From NCBI GenBank assembly GCA_001662655.1, contig KV460227.1: a stretch of 64,000 bases of DNA; one strand, given 5' to 3'. The notes beneath the pieces are model-generated. The model was not told the origin of the DNA, did not search any database, and saw nothing but the letters and a program-made list of their open reading frames with translations. Positions within the stretch are counted from its first letter, which is position 1. Every line of letters begins with the position of its first letter. The stretch is from Pseudogymnoascus verrucosus (Eukaryota). The position numbers were made by a program, and so were the translations under genes. Below, in pieces: positions 62,880 through 64,000 of this stretch.

Positions 62880-63599
62880 CTTTAGAAAAAAGGGAGATGT
62901 ATGCGCAAATGCGAGAGGAAGCCGCGAAGGTTCGTTATAGGGCGTGAAGCCAAAGAAAAGGGTTGTCTGTCGAGAGTATCGGAAGTTCGGAGAAAAAGTT
63001 GGTCGAAGTAGGTCGCGCGACTCCTTACGTGAGCTGTTGCCGAATGCGGAAAGATGGGGAGAGAAGGAGGTAAAAAAAGCGTGACAATTTCAATCAAGGA
63101 ATGACGAGAAGTGAAGAAAGGGATTATGATCACCAACAAAGATGACCTCCTGACAAAATACAAAACACAATTGAATGTGGTGATGGGTTGAGGGGGGGGG
63201 AAAGAGAAGGGGGATCGTGTTTATGTGGAGAGAAAAGTAAAGTTGGCGGAAATGGCACCGAGATTAGCGAAAGGGGGAATTCCAAACTGACATCAGGCCG
63301 TGTTAGGGGGGGTGGAACAGTTGGAATTTAGTTATTTACAAGGGTTGTATGGGTTTGTATTTGCTCTAGAATGAACAGGAATTATTGTACGAGGCAATAA
63401 AAATATGACAAAAATCGGCAGGAATGAGAAGAATATTATGAATTTAATTAGATAATTGTAGGGTCAGTGGAAGAATTTTATTTTGAATATTTTGAATAAT
63501 TGGTTAATTGGGAATAAGGGGATGGTAATTGGGTGCAGAATGTTTGGTTGGGTTAGTGGCAGATGTGATGCCAGATATGATTTGATGGGATGGAATTGG

Positions 63600-63955
63600 G
63601 AATGCGCGTCTTTCACATGATAATAAGGGTGAAGAAGCGCTGGGAAAATGGGGAAAATGGGGAATTTTAGGGGATTTTAGGGGGGGTTTTGGGGGGAAAT
63701 TCGGGAAATTAGATGATGTACACGCACGCAGCCTCGGATTTATGGGTAGTCACGTGGAGTAATTGGGCTGTAATGTCACATGATAATAGAGACAGACAGG
63801 GGAGAGAGAGGAGCCATGGGAGAAAATGGGAATTGAGAAATTAGAATACGGTTGGTCACGTGGGGTGATCAACAATAATATCACATGACATATATTTCAT
63901 TTTTGTCACGTGGGGTAATCACATGATTTTGGATTTCATTTTGTCACGTGGTTTC
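63600..63955. promoter_or_regulatory. Cluster of bHLH E-boxes (TCACGTG / TCACATG) with an SRE-like ATCACCCCAC
   Basis: Four GTCACGTGG and four TCACATGA within about 350 bp; GTGGGGTGAT at about 63860. Confidence 0.6.
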
Positions 63956-64000
63956 TAACTTTTTAAGGTTCTTCGTTTCTCCCTTCCGTGTCGTCAATCC

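Overview
Genomic DNA of a filamentous ascomycete: short spliceosomal introns, Zn2Cys6 regulators and a nuclear ATP9 gene. The centrepiece is a compact 10-gene cluster at about 12.3-34.1 kb. It encodes a Zn-dependent polyol/sugar-acid dehydrogenase, a KduD/IdnO-like SDR, an ARO80-like Zn2Cys6 factor, a D-2-hydroxyacid reductase, an MFS sugar porter, a Gfo/Idh/MocA oxidoreductase, a flavocytochrome b2-like protein ending in SKL, a Gar1-like aldo-keto reductase, myo-inositol oxygenase and a second Zn2Cys6 factor. I infer a route myo-inositol -> D-glucuronate -> L-gulonate -> 2-keto-L-gulonate -> L-idonate -> 5-keto-D-gluconate -> D-gluconate, with the flavocytochrome b2 as candidate L-gulonate 2-dehydrogenase. 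Flanks are accessory-like: secreted proteins (GPI-anchored Cys-rich protein, GH45-C/expansin-like protein, GH35 beta-galactosidase, and a spliced KP4 killer-toxin-like gene missed by the ORF track), a GT69, a cellodextrin/lactose-type permease, a LovD-like serine hydrolase, several pseudogenes and a fatty-acid elongase with a dense E-box/SRE array upstream. Family assignments come from motif recognition by eye, not database searches. Exon boundaries were read manually.
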